From Syntrophales bacterium (GTDB lineage: Bacteria; Desulfobacterota; Syntrophia; Syntrophales; UBA2185), in assembly GCA_049521775.1 (NCBI GenBank), contig JBEKOL010000014.1, positions 3,496-67,495 of the forward strand: 64,000 nucleotides of DNA. Direction: 5' to 3'. Positions 31,116 to 40,836 of the stretch are shown piece after piece. The notes under the pieces were generated by a model that worked only from the letters and a program-made list of their open reading frames with translations, was not told where the DNA came from and made no database searches. The translations under genes and the position numbers were made by a program. Positions within the stretch are counted from its first letter, which is position 1, and every line of letters starts with the position of its first letter.

Positions 31116-32687
31116 ATGTTCGACAAAGGCCAAAATAGCAATGGCAGGTTTCTGAGAAGGGCTACTGTTATCACAGTGTTCGTGGTATCCATTTGCCTCA
31201 ATGCCTGCTCGACGGTACGCCTAAATGTAACCCCACCGCCGCCTCCTACCGCCAAGCTGCGGGTCTTTGTGCAGGTCATTTCCGAAGAGAAACGAGACCC
31301 CCGCCGTCCTTACATAACGCCAAGTGATGAATGGGAAAGGATTAGGATTGCTACTGTGGATCAATATCTGCGGGCGACGGGAGTATACGAAGTGGTACCC
31401 AAAGAAGATGTGCGGGCTGTCTTGGGAACGCGTACGTCCGGTTCCGAACAGTATTGGTGGGTGAAAAAAGACTATGCATTACTAAAGGAAGCCGGCAAGG
31501 CATTATATGCCGACTATGCCATAATTATTATAAGGAGTGTCCCGGCTAGTGTGACGTACAAAATGGTACTGATCAATATTGAGACAGGCACGCAATATTC
31601 GGCATCAGACACCCAAGCTTGGACTACCTCGCCAGAGCTAAACCTTAAACGCGCTAAAATATTGTTCCAAAATATATACAGGAAAATATTCTATGATGCT
31701 AAAGGGGATTTGTTGGCAACGGCTATTCGCAAAGGACGGCTTATGCCCGAAGAAGAGACAAAGAAACCGGAACCGCGTGAGACGAAGATTGCCTTAGCTC
31801 CGCCTCCGGTCCCTCAAATTGCCCCTGCAACGCCAGAAGTTGCAATTGAAAAAAAGCCCGCTCCCATTGCAGAAGTGCTGCAAAAGCCCATTCCTCCCGT
31901 ATCAACAGCGCAAGAGGAAGCAAAAGCACCAATTCAGCCACCTCTAAAACCAACGCCAGAGCCACCACCGGCAACCAAGACTTTACCTGTTCCAAAACCA
32001 CCTGCACCTGAAGCAAGACCAGCCTTGCTTAAGGAACCTCTGAAAGCAAAGGCTTCTCCTGAGGAATCCGTACCGACGTCACCACCTGCCGCAAAACTGC
32101 CGGATACTATAGTCAAACAACCCATACCTGATATGAAGAAGGATACGGAAACCCCAAGAGTTATCGCAAGAATTGCCCCTGTCCCGCGGCCTGAGTTAGA
32201 GGCTGCCGATAAACGTAAGGAGTTTGAGAAGAAACTGGAACAGGAGCTGCAGACGGAAGCGCCGGCAACAGAGAAGGCCAAGCTTGTAGTCTATGATTTT
32301 GATACCGTCGAGCGTCTCAATGTTGTTGCACTTATTCTTACTGACGCTCTCCGTGAGGAGCTTTTCATATTGGGCCGTTTTTCGCTGGTCAATCGTGAAA
32401 ATATAATGCAGGTCATGCAGGAATTGAAGCTGCAGCACTCGGGGCTGGTTGATGATAAAGAGATCGTCGAACTCGGAAAATGGCTTGCGGCAAATCAGGC
32501 CGTTACAGGAAGACTTGCCGTGCTAGGAAAGTCATACGTTCTCCAGGCGAAACGCACGGATATAAAAACGATGGGAACCCTGGGTCTCGGCACTCTCAAG
32601 TGTTCGTCCGGGCAAGAGGAGGAATTGCTCTCCGGTATACCGGTCCTTGCCAGGAAGCTCATCGGTATGAAAATGAACGTCCCATAA
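31116..32687 (+). CDS. Lipoprotein with long Pro-rich linker and C-terminal CsgG/TolB_N-like domain
   Basis: Lipobox LNAC; long P/A/E/K-rich linker; C-terminus LVVYDF...RFSLVNRENI.QVMQELKLQ.SGLVD...LGK.LAANQAVTG. Confidence 0.75.
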   Translation: MFDKGQNSNGRFLRRATVITVFVVSICLNACSTVRLNVTPPPPPTAKLRVFVQVISEEKRDPRRPYITPSDEWERIRIATVDQYLRATGVYEVVPKEDVRAVLGTRTSGSEQYWWVKKDYALLKEAGKALYADYAIIIIRSVPASVTYKMVLINIETGTQYSASDTQAWTTSPELNLKRAKILFQNIYRKIFYDAKGDLLATAIRKGRLMPEEETKKPEPRETKIALAPPPVPQIAPATPEVAIEKKPAPIAEVLQKPIPPVSTAQEEAKAPIQPPLKPTPEPPPATKTLPVPKPPAPEARPALLKEPLKAKASPEESVPTSPPAAKLPDTIVKQPIPDMKKDTETPRVIARIAPVPRPELEAADKRKEFEKKLEQELQTEAPATEKAKLVVYDFDTVERLNVVALILTDALREELFILGRFSLVNRENIMQVMQELKLQHSGLVDDKEIVELGKWLAANQAVTGRLAVLGKSYVLQAKRTDIKTMGTLGLGTLKCSSGQEEELLSGIPVLARKLIGMKMNVP

Positions 32688-32849
32688 TCTTTCTGCCGCG
32701 CTGTCCGGCTCAGGAATTCTGCTGCTCCCCTAGTGTATCTCAATTTTTGCCTCGCGACTCCTCTACAAGATCTCGGCACCTCCAAGCGTCGATTTTTCCT
32801 TCAGATATGATTATATAATGTTTGCCTTGAACGCGATTATGGGCCACGG

Positions 32850-33460
32850 GCAGTAGGATAAGTAACACGTGAGAAGATTTTCTTTCATGTTGAAAAAAGT
32901 GACACCCGTCATAGATGTGATAAATACCGTTTTCTGTTTGGGAGGGGATGGCAGGACTCGATTTATATATTTTGATTCAATCAAGGGTCGTGATTACGAA
33001 TAATTCTGTTGAACAAAAGTTGATCCATACGTACAACGTCGAGAAAATCAACGTGATATTAACTAGTTCCACTAAATCATTGATTATTTTGGATATTTTT
33101 TGTTACTTTAACCTCTGGTCTTGATTAAGAATCAATTTTTTTTCAGATAGTTAGTGAATTAATTAACAGGTATATTAACAGGTTTATCCACATCTGAGAT
33201 CGCGCCTTCATCCATAGAAATTGACTACATAGTTTGGGCGATTGAATATTCATGATGCGTTGTGTAGAAGGGCAGTGGAAAATTGGGAATCTTGACTGCA
33301 AAAGCTTCTCATCTTGATTCAATGGAAGGATCAATCAATAAATCTCAAAAATTCAACATCCCATTAATCAGGGGATTGGTCAGGTCCACAGCCTTCCTCA
33401 ATTGTGCGGGACTCATGAAGAATCGTATTGTGGCAGCAATGATCTTTTACATCAGCAGAC
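32850..33460. other. Candidate replication origin (oriC)
   Basis: Non-coding AT-rich tract; perfect DnaA box TTATCCACA at 33184-33192; degenerate boxes starting at 33160, 33172 and 33208 in 12-bp register; reverse-strand boxes at 32888, 32916, 33261, 33274; IHF-like TTTCAGATAGTTA at 33141-33153. Confidence 0.62.
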
Positions 33461-33505
33461 ATCCATAATTCTCTGCAGAAGATGCGGCGACACACTTATT
33501 TTACT

Positions 33506-33865
33506 TCACTGACTAGGTGCCGTATCGGTCTCAGTACTCCTTTCTGCACCCGGGGATTGCAGTTCACTGTTCGGGGCATTGCTCCGCATCCGCTCTCCAC
33601 TGAACCCTCCGATGGGTTTCGTAAAGGTAAAATTGAAGGGTTCCGCGACAAGTGTCCGTGCTATATGACCGGCACTCTGGCTTAGAATCGAAAACGGTAA
33701 TAAGACGATGAAAACTGCCGTGCCGACCACCGTTGCAGCCAGACTCACCGATCTGATAAACAGGATATCCACAGTAGCATCAAGAGCCTCATCGTACCCG
33801 AAAGCGGGCACTGAAGTCATGACAATACTGATAGCAATAAGCATCGTTACAGTTAGCTTCTTCAG
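33506..33865 (-). CDS. Small exported/membrane conserved hypothetical protein
   Basis: Signal peptide KKLTVTMLIAISIVMTSVPAFG then DILFIR.VSLAATVVGTAVFIVLLPFS...LVAEPFNFTFTKPIG; GGAGG precedes an in-frame CTG at 33865. Confidence 0.7.
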   Translation of the reverse strand: MKKLTVTMLIAISIVMTSVPAFGYDEALDATVDILFIRSVSLAATVVGTAVFIVLLPFSILSQSAGHIARTLVAEPFNFTFTKPIGGFSGERMRSNAPNSELQSPGAERSTETDTAPSQ

Positions 33866-34086
33866 GGAAGCACCTCCATAATTCCTTGCGATCCTAATTC
33901 TGAGTCTCTCTTAGGATGACTATTATCCATAGGAAACCTGTCCTTGTATTGCCATTGGGAAAGCTGCATATAGAGAAATATTCTATCAGGCCTACCCGCA
34001 AATTGAAATACCGATAAGCCTGCTTTACACCGTCGAAATTTCATAATCATGTTTGGCAAAACAATTAGATAAATATATTCACGACA

Positions 34087-34104
34087 AATGCAAAGTGCCG
34101 GCCG
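34087..34104 (-). promoter_or_regulatory. Possible sigma54 -24/-12 promoter
   Basis: Minus strand CGGCCGGCACTTTGCA gives GG-N10-GC, about 220 nt upstream of the 33865 gene; partial match only. Confidence 0.25.
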
Positions 34105-34294
34105 GCAAAGAATTAAAGGAGCTGTTCCGGGAAAATCTCCTCGCCTGACAAAGAACTGGAATCAATTTTTTATATTGCAGTTTGTATCACTGCCACTTAT
34201 ATTGTTTTTGCTGCGTCTCGGCGAAACAGGATATTAATTCTACTCCAGCTCAAATCGTCTGAGATATTTATCGGGTTGAATACATAATAGGTAC

Positions 34295-34310
34295 GTTTCA
34301 TATGTGAAAC
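34295..34310. promoter_or_regulatory. parS-like palindrome with a 2-nt longer centre
   Basis: GTTTCA-TATG-TGAAAC versus parS core GTTTCA-CG-TGAAAC. Confidence 0.3.
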
Positions 34311-34688
34311 TTATGGGCATAAAATACTGCTGCTGCAACCCAGACCGCGTCTGGCAACGGATATGTTCTCAACTCCATTGGAAATAGAGATCCTAGTGTT
34401 AGGATGTTCGATCGCCTGGGCGGACAGGCCAGACATCTGTGGTCTTTCTAAGAGTCGGATTCTTGAGAGTGGATTGACCCTCGATCTGGACTCTATACGA
34501 CGAGATCAGATGGCAGCCGTCATCGTCGGGAAGATAGACTTGTTACAGACGAAGAGATAGAGCAATATTGAGCTTGTCGCTTGTGATTCAAGCGATGCAA
34601 TAAGCAATGTGGACCTGAGAGCAAATGCAAAATGGCGTCACCAACTTATTATAATAATGACCGGAACGAGAAGTCGGCAAATCAATCT

Positions 34689-35525
34689 ATGGCTACGGCT
34701 CTTATTGTTGAGGGCGGTGCGTTGCGCGGAGTCTTCTCAACAGGGATCATGGATGGCTTTCTTGAGATGCGATTCAATCCTTTTGATTTCTATATGGGTG
34801 TTTCCTCAGGTGCATCCAACCTTGCGGCTTATCTCGCCGAAATGATCGGACGCAACAAGAGAATATATACCGACTATTCGCTGCGGCCTCAGTTTATCAA
34901 TATAGGTAGGTTCCTCCGTGGCGGTCATCTGATGGATCTCGACTGGCTCTGGGGTACTACGATTCGGGAAATTCGGCTCGACTTGCAGAGGATGTATGAA
35001 AGAGGGAAACCTTTCATAGTGGTCCTCACCGATGTGCAAACCGGCGAGGCCATATACAAGCAAACCAGCGCCCATGATCTTGAGCATGTTCTCAAGGCTT
35101 CCAGCGCCATGCCTCTTTTCTATCGGTCTTACCCGATTGTTGATGACCGCCCAACGACGGACGGCGGAGTTGCTGACGCCATTCCCGTAGGCAAGGCTAT
35201 CGATCTCGGGGCTCGCCGGATTATGGTAATTCGCTCCCGGCATCGAGGCTACTCGAAACGCAGCGATCCCTTTGATTACCTTATACGCTGGCGCATGCGG
35301 CGTTACCCATTGCTGCAACAGGCCATGACTCAGCGCGTTTGGCGCTACAATGAATCGGTGAAGCTGATTCGCAATCCGCCAGAAGGCGTAACTATTGTTG
35401 AAATTTGTCCGCCCGTAAAGTTCCGCGTATCACGACTCAGCCAAAATCTTCCTATACTGGAGGAAGGCTATAATCAGGGCCGCGCCCTGGCAGCATATGC
35501 AATCACATGCTGGGAAATGGCTTAG
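34689..35525 (+). CDS. Patatin-like phospholipase (YjjU-type)
   Basis: EGGALRG, GVSSG, ASSAMP, DGG; start 34689 or 34632. Confidence 0.9.
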   Translation: MATALIVEGGALRGVFSTGIMDGFLEMRFNPFDFYMGVSSGASNLAAYLAEMIGRNKRIYTDYSLRPQFINIGRFLRGGHLMDLDWLWGTTIREIRLDLQRMYERGKPFIVVLTDVQTGEAIYKQTSAHDLEHVLKASSAMPLFYRSYPIVDDRPTTDGGVADAIPVGKAIDLGARRIMVIRSRHRGYSKRSDPFDYLIRWRMRRYPLLQQAMTQRVWRYNESVKLIRNPPEGVTIVEICPPVKFRVSRLSQNLPILEEGYNQGRALAAYAITCWEMA

Positions 35526-35629
35526 TCCCTCATATTCCGTTCGATAATACAAATGTCCGGTATATTAAATTAAGAATTTGCAACAGAATCAAATTAGCAA
35601 GAAAGGCAGAAGTAGAATACTTTGGACGG

Positions 35630-35993
35630 CGAGCCCATTTAGTGGTCTTCGCCCATTTCCTGTGGATTGCCCTTGTCATCCTGGGATTTCCGGTATTCTT
35701 CAGCCTGAATTTTTCCAGATGGAGGGTGTTTCATTTGCTCGCCATGGTCGTCATGCAATTGACTAAAACTATCTGTCCCCTGACCTATCTGGAAGCTTAT
35801 CTCAAAGCTAAATGTGTATCGAATCGGGTCTACCCCGGCCAGTTCACCATATATATATATAATTGAAAAGCTGATCTATGTTGAAGATCTGACCCTTGAA
35901 AAAATTACCTACGCGACAATCGTATTTTTTGCTTTGGTATTGCTCTCATTTTGGTTGAAGCCTGTCCATTTCAAGAGGCAAACCAAGGGTTAG
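35630..35993 (+). pseudogene. DUF2784-family membrane protein, frameshifted at an (AT)6 tract
   Basis: LVVFAHFLWIALVILG...HL...ICPLTYLE; continues in the +1 frame as IEKLIYVEDL...WLKP to TAG 35991-35993; no clear start codon. Confidence 0.75.
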
Positions 35994-36128
35994 ACATTGA
36001 ATAATCGCCGTATTTCTGATAAAGGCGTCCATGTGATACTAACATTATTTCATTTTCCTGCTTTTCCCCCCTCGCGGGGACAGGATTGAGATGGACAGGC
36101 TGACACCTATCTCCCCATTTATCGCGCT

Positions 36129-37460
36129 ATGATTGAAGAACCGATACTCAGAATAGGCATCCTGCAGGGATACAGTGAAGTGGCAGGGAGGTTAGATGGC
36201 CCATTCATGATCAATGATGCCCGCAGTCTGAGCGGGAAGTTCAGTGCGCATGTACGGGAGGGCCGCATTCTTCTTACCGATGCTGCGGGACATGACATAA
36301 TCTATGAAAAGGAGGTCCGCTGCACTCCTCTCGATAATTCAACCTTCACCCTCCTTGAAGTGACGATCGGTGTAAATTTCCACTGGGAAAGAAAACAGGA
36401 GCAAACATTCCATGGGGAACTGAGACTTATCCTAAACGAAAATGATACGCTAATTGCCGTTAACAGAATTCCTTTGGAAGATTATTTATCGAGCGTCGTT
36501 TCTTCAGAGATGAACACTGAAGCGGAGCTGGAATTCCTCAAGGCCCATGCAATTGCGTCACGTAGCTGGCTCATGTCCATGCTGGGAACGGCAGGCAAAG
36601 CAAGACGTGCAGAAAATGCATCGCCCGGCCCAGCCCAGCAAACCAAAGAGTTTATCAGGTATTACCATAGGATTGACCATACGCTTTTTGATGTCTGTGC
36701 GGATGATCATTGCCAGAGGTATCAGGGCATCACCAAGCTGATTTCGGAAAACGCTCGGCAGGCTGTTGAGAGAACACGCGGCCTGTTTCTCGTCTACAAC
36801 AATGAGATCTGCGATGCCCGCTATCATAAAGCCTGCGGCGGTATGACAGATAATTTCGCAAATGTATGGGAAAATATTACCGTCCCCTATCTCACATCCG
36901 TTTCGGACTTTACCACCCCGCACGATCCGATCCGCACTGAGGCCGAAGCCAAACAATGGATTATGGGAGATCCGGAGGCATATTGCAATATTAGAGACGG
37001 TAATGCCCTGCGCCGGATTCTCCCCTCCTTCGATCAGGACACGACGGATTTTTTCCGGTGGAAGGTGACATATACACGCATGGAACTGGAGGAGATTATC
37101 AGAGGTAAAACGGGCATGGACTTCGGTAATCTCCTGCATCTCACTCCCCTTGAGCGCGGCCCCTCCGGCCGCATAGTGCGGCTGCAGATCGCCGGATCGA
37201 AAAGAACCATAACCATAGGCAAGGAGCTCGAGATCCGCCGCTGCCTCTCCCGGAGCCATCTCTACAGCAGCGCCTTCGTCGTATCTGCGGAGAATGATAC
37301 ATCCGGCCTTCCAGTCCGCTTTATCCTGCAGGGCGCCGGATGGGGACATGGCGTCGGCTTATGCCAGATAGGGGCAGCCGTTATGGCTCTGAAAGGCTTT
37401 ACGGCAGAATCTATTTTGAAACACTACTTTCGTGGTACGGAGCTTCAGAAACTGTACTGA
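36129..37460 (+). CDS. SpoIID/LytB-domain protein (lytic transglycosylase family), no signal peptide
   Basis: LEDYL.SVVSSEM, LKAHAIASRS, CADDHCQRYQG, CGG.T, GWGHGVGLCQ.GA, ILKHYF. Confidence 0.92.
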   Translation: MIEEPILRIGILQGYSEVAGRLDGPFMINDARSLSGKFSAHVREGRILLTDAAGHDIIYEKEVRCTPLDNSTFTLLEVTIGVNFHWERKQEQTFHGELRLILNENDTLIAVNRIPLEDYLSSVVSSEMNTEAELEFLKAHAIASRSWLMSMLGTAGKARRAENASPGPAQQTKEFIRYYHRIDHTLFDVCADDHCQRYQGITKLISENARQAVERTRGLFLVYNNEICDARYHKACGGMTDNFANVWENITVPYLTSVSDFTTPHDPIRTEAEAKQWIMGDPEAYCNIRDGNALRRILPSFDQDTTDFFRWKVTYTRMELEEIIRGKTGMDFGNLLHLTPLERGPSGRIVRLQIAGSKRTITIGKELEIRRCLSRSHLYSSAFVVSAENDTSGLPVRFILQGAGWGHGVGLCQIGAAVMALKGFTAESILKHYFRGTELQKLY

Positions 37461-37469
37461 AGAAAGGTT

Positions 37470-38192
37470 ATGCGAAAATCATCTATCAGAACCTCTTTCA
37501 TTCTCGGCGCCGGGCTGGGAACGCGCCTGCGCCCTTTGACCGATAACTGTCCGAAACCGCTCTTGCCCGCCGGCGGACGCCCGCTGATTACCTATGCAAT
37601 GGATCATCTTGTTTCTGCCAGCGTAGAACGCTTTATCATCAATACCCATTACTTTGCAGAGGCATACCATCAGGCATTCCCGGATCGGCAGTGGCGCGGG
37701 CTCCCCATAATCTTCCGGTATGAACCTGTGCTTCTAGATACAGCGGGGGGTATAAAGAACATCGAAGATCTCCTTGATGGCGATGAAACGATCCTGATTT
37801 ACAATGGCGACACCTTTACAGACCTGCCGCTTGCTCATCTCATCGATGCACACTACGTAAAACGGAAGGAAGTCACCCTGGCTCTTAGAAGCAGCGGTTC
37901 TCCATTGAACGTCAACCTGAACAACGAGGGCGACATATGTGACCTGCGCCACACACTGGGTGACGGCGGTGTTAAGAGCTGTCTTTTTACGGGCATCTAT
38001 ATCGTGGAAAAAACCTTTCTCCGACGTCTTGCAGCGGGCCGAAAAGAATCGATTATCCCTGTCCTCATCGCCATGATCAGGGAACAACCTGGATCGGTGG
38101 CCGGGATAATCATCGATGAAGGCCGGTGGTATGATATCGGATCCTTAGCGGAATATGAAAAAATAAATACATTGCTCGCAGGACAGAGGTAA
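37470..38192 (+). CDS. murU: MurU-like N-acetylmuramate-1-phosphate uridylyltransferase
   Basis: GAGLGTRLRPLT...PKPL, INTHY, LLDTAGG, NGD, WYDIG; adjacent to an AmgK-like gene. Confidence 0.75.
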   Translation: MRKSSIRTSFILGAGLGTRLRPLTDNCPKPLLPAGGRPLITYAMDHLVSASVERFIINTHYFAEAYHQAFPDRQWRGLPIIFRYEPVLLDTAGGIKNIEDLLDGDETILIYNGDTFTDLPLAHLIDAHYVKRKEVTLALRSSGSPLNVNLNNEGDICDLRHTLGDGGVKSCLFTGIYIVEKTFLRRLAAGRKESIIPVLIAMIREQPGSVAGIIIDEGRWYDIGSLAEYEKINTLLAGQR

Positions 38193-38320
38193 GAGCTGCC
38201 CATCATTGCAACACCCGTTGGACTCAAGCGGATACCCGCTGAGAATGCCTTCCTCAAGCCGGTGCCTACGACGGAGGGCAGAGCAGAGGAATGATATTTC
38301 GTAAGGTATTTTAGAGAAAA

Positions 38321-39412
38321 ATGACGCATCAAAATGATGAAATCCTCCAATTTGTGCGCCAGGCACTTGGGCTTGGAAAATCAGATGTTCTGACCAGCAC
38401 GCCCTTGGCAAAACGCGGATCAAGCCGGTCTTTCCATCGAATCACATATGAAGATCACGGCTCCGTCGTTTTCATGCATTACGACCGCATTCGCAAAGAG
38501 AACAACTACTACGCAGCAATTTCCGACTTCCTCCTGAAGATCCGTGTCCCCGCCCCCCGGATTCTGGCACACGATCATCTGAGGGGCTTTATTATCATGG
38601 AAGACATGGGAGATAGAGACCTGTGGTCCTACAGGGATGAATCGTGGATGAGAAGAAGTGCGTATTACCGCGCGACCCTCTCCATCGCATATAGACTCCA
38701 TACCTTTCCAGTCGAAGATTTCCCTTTGGACAAAGTCCCCTTAATGGAAGGATTCAGTCCCGACCTTTACCGATGGGAGCACGACTACTTCCTAGAGAAT
38801 TTTGTGCACGCTGTCTGCGGCATTAAGCTTAATCCATCGGAAGCAAATGCCTTAGAGGACGAATTGAAGAGCTTATCTGGGCGTCTTATGGATACGGGTC
38901 TCAGCCTTATGCACAGGGATCTTCAGTCGCAGAACGTGATGATATGCAAGGACCGGCTGGTACTCATAGACTTTCAAGGCATGCGCTTCGGCAATCTATT
39001 TTACGACCTGGGATCATTGCTCTACGATCCTTATGTCTTTCTGACGGAGGATGAACGGATGGAGTTGCTCTTTTATTACTACAACCTTCCGGCTTGTGAC
39101 GGGACAGATACGTTACAAAATGACATATCTTCAGGCGATAAAGTCATTAAGGTCTCGCATGTGAAGGCTGATATACTGCGAACAGACTGGAGTGAATTTC
39201 AGGACAGATTTCGGGACGCTTCGGTACAGCGTCTCATGCAGGCCCTCGGCGCATATGGATTCCTGGGGTTGAAGAGCGGTCTTACTGATTTTCTCGCCCA
39301 TATCCCGAGAGGCATCGTAAATCTTGTTGACAGTGCTTCCCGCTCAAAACGGCTGCCACTGCTGAAAAATCTTGCCCTGAAATGTCAGCAGTATCTCGGC
39401 CGCAAATTGTGA
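38321..39412 (+). CDS. amgK: AmgK-like anomeric MurNAc/GlcNAc kinase (APH fold)
   Basis: GSSRSFHRI, MEDMGD, MHRDLQSQNVM, IDFQG.R.G...YDL.SLL.D, QRLMQALGAYGFL. Confidence 0.8.
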   Translation: MTHQNDEILQFVRQALGLGKSDVLTSTPLAKRGSSRSFHRITYEDHGSVVFMHYDRIRKENNYYAAISDFLLKIRVPAPRILAHDHLRGFIIMEDMGDRDLWSYRDESWMRRSAYYRATLSIAYRLHTFPVEDFPLDKVPLMEGFSPDLYRWEHDYFLENFVHAVCGIKLNPSEANALEDELKSLSGRLMDTGLSLMHRDLQSQNVMICKDRLVLIDFQGMRFGNLFYDLGSLLYDPYVFLTEDERMELLFYYYNLPACDGTDTLQNDISSGDKVIKVSHVKADILRTDWSEFQDRFRDASVQRLMQALGAYGFLGLKSGLTDFLAHIPRGIVNLVDSASRSKRLPLLKNLALKCQQYLGRKL

Positions 39413-39500
39413 GAATATCCTGAACAGTCTTGTCATAGCAAGGGACCTACTGATACAGACTGTCTAATCATAGATCGGCTCTCTATCGAATTCTTTGCCG

Positions 39501-39529
39501 TTGACATCCAACTGCAATCGTTCTATATA
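39501..39529 (+). promoter_or_regulatory. Sigma70-type promoter for the NDK gene
   Basis: TTGACA-17 nt-TATATA. Confidence 0.55.
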
Positions 39530-39572
39530 AAAAGAGCAAAAAGACACTCAGCAGTATTGAGTAAATTAATAT

Positions 39573-40790
39573 ATGGCAACCGAATTGACATACGTGGTTA
39601 TCACACCTTACAGCCTCATTAAGTCGAGGACCGGCAATATCATAGCGCGGCTCATGTCTCTCTCCGGCTGCGACCTGGTCGGTATTCGAATGATGCGGCC
39701 GTCTGATGCATTTGTAGACGAATATATAAGGCGCGTGAAAAGTTTGAGCATTTCTCCCAGCTTAGGCGAGGCGCTCGTTGATTATATCGATCAGAATCTT
39801 CGGCGTGAAAATATCCTCAGACAAGATAATCGATGTCTATTTCTCCTTTTCGAAGGCAAAGACGCTGTGGAACGCATTTACGACGTAGTCGGTGAACTCA
39901 CAACAGCGGCAGAATCGGAAGCAATTCGCGGAACCATTCGCGGGACTTACAGCGACTACATAACTACCTCCGACGGTACGGTCCGGTATTTCGAGCCGGC
40001 TGTCCTGCTGCCGACAAATCTTGAATATGCGAAGAATAATCTGGAGCTTTTCGCCGAACTCGGATTTAACGACTCTGGCATTTACGAAGAATGCTCCGAA
40101 GGAGAAACAACACTGGTCATCTTGAAGCCCGACAATTTCTTCAAGCATTCTGTCCGACCGGGAAATATGATCGACATGTTTTCCAAGACCGGCCTTCGGA
40201 TTGTTGCGGCCCGGATGATCCGGATGAGTGCCACTCAGGGTGAGGAGTTCTACGGTTTCCTGCGCGATGTCTTTAAGAAGAAGCTGAAGCCGCGGATTGT
40301 GGCCCAGATCAAGCAAGGAATGGAGGGTCTGTTCAATTTCCAGATAACGGATGAAGAATACAACATCATAGCTGAAATCATCAACGAAAAAAATTCTCTC
40401 TACGAGTTTTCCCAGATCGTAAAATATATGACCGGGCTTGATCCGAGAAACGTATCGCCTTCCGACCGCGACAAGCCTGGAGAACACCGCGCATTGGCTC
40501 TTCTTTACCGCGGCCCTAACGCGGTTGAGACAATCCGTGAGCGCCTGGGCGTGACCGATCCCGCAACAGCTGCAGAAGGCACTATCCGCTCTGATTTCGG
40601 CCAGAACATTGTGCAGAATGCCGCACATGCATCCGACTCCACCGAAAACGCCGTCCGTGAAAGAAAAATCATCTGCCTTTATAATGATGCCGGTGACGAC
40701 TGCAAGAGAATAATCCAAAATTGGCTCAAGGATGATCGTGGCAGTTCAGTACGCTTGAAGGAAGCGGTGAGAATTCAAGAACAACGCTAA
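39573..40790 (+). CDS. ndk: Tandem-domain nucleoside diphosphate kinase
   Basis: Second domain TLVILKPD...LG.TDP..A..GTIRSDFG.NI.QNAAHASDS; first domain NDK-like (TIRG) without an evident catalytic His. Confidence 0.85.
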   Translation: MATELTYVVITPYSLIKSRTGNIIARLMSLSGCDLVGIRMMRPSDAFVDEYIRRVKSLSISPSLGEALVDYIDQNLRRENILRQDNRCLFLLFEGKDAVERIYDVVGELTTAAESEAIRGTIRGTYSDYITTSDGTVRYFEPAVLLPTNLEYAKNNLELFAELGFNDSGIYEECSEGETTLVILKPDNFFKHSVRPGNMIDMFSKTGLRIVAARMIRMSATQGEEFYGFLRDVFKKKLKPRIVAQIKQGMEGLFNFQITDEEYNIIAEIINEKNSLYEFSQIVKYMTGLDPRNVSPSDRDKPGEHRALALLYRGPNAVETIRERLGVTDPATAAEGTIRSDFGQNIVQNAAHASDSTENAVRERKIICLYNDAGDDCKRIIQNWLKDDRGSSVRLKEAVRIQEQR

Positions 40791-40836
40791 TCGTGGAGGC
40801 CTCGATAGAAACGTGAGTTTCAAGGAGCAACTTCGC

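Noticed and set aside
33121..33135. FNR-like TTGAT...ATCAA boxes (33121 and near 32972)
   Set aside because: Spacers are 5 and 3 nt rather than 4; more likely part of the AT-rich origin-like tract
38321..39412. Aminoglycoside phosphotransferase resistance gene
   Set aside because: Motifs and murU adjacency fit AmgK better
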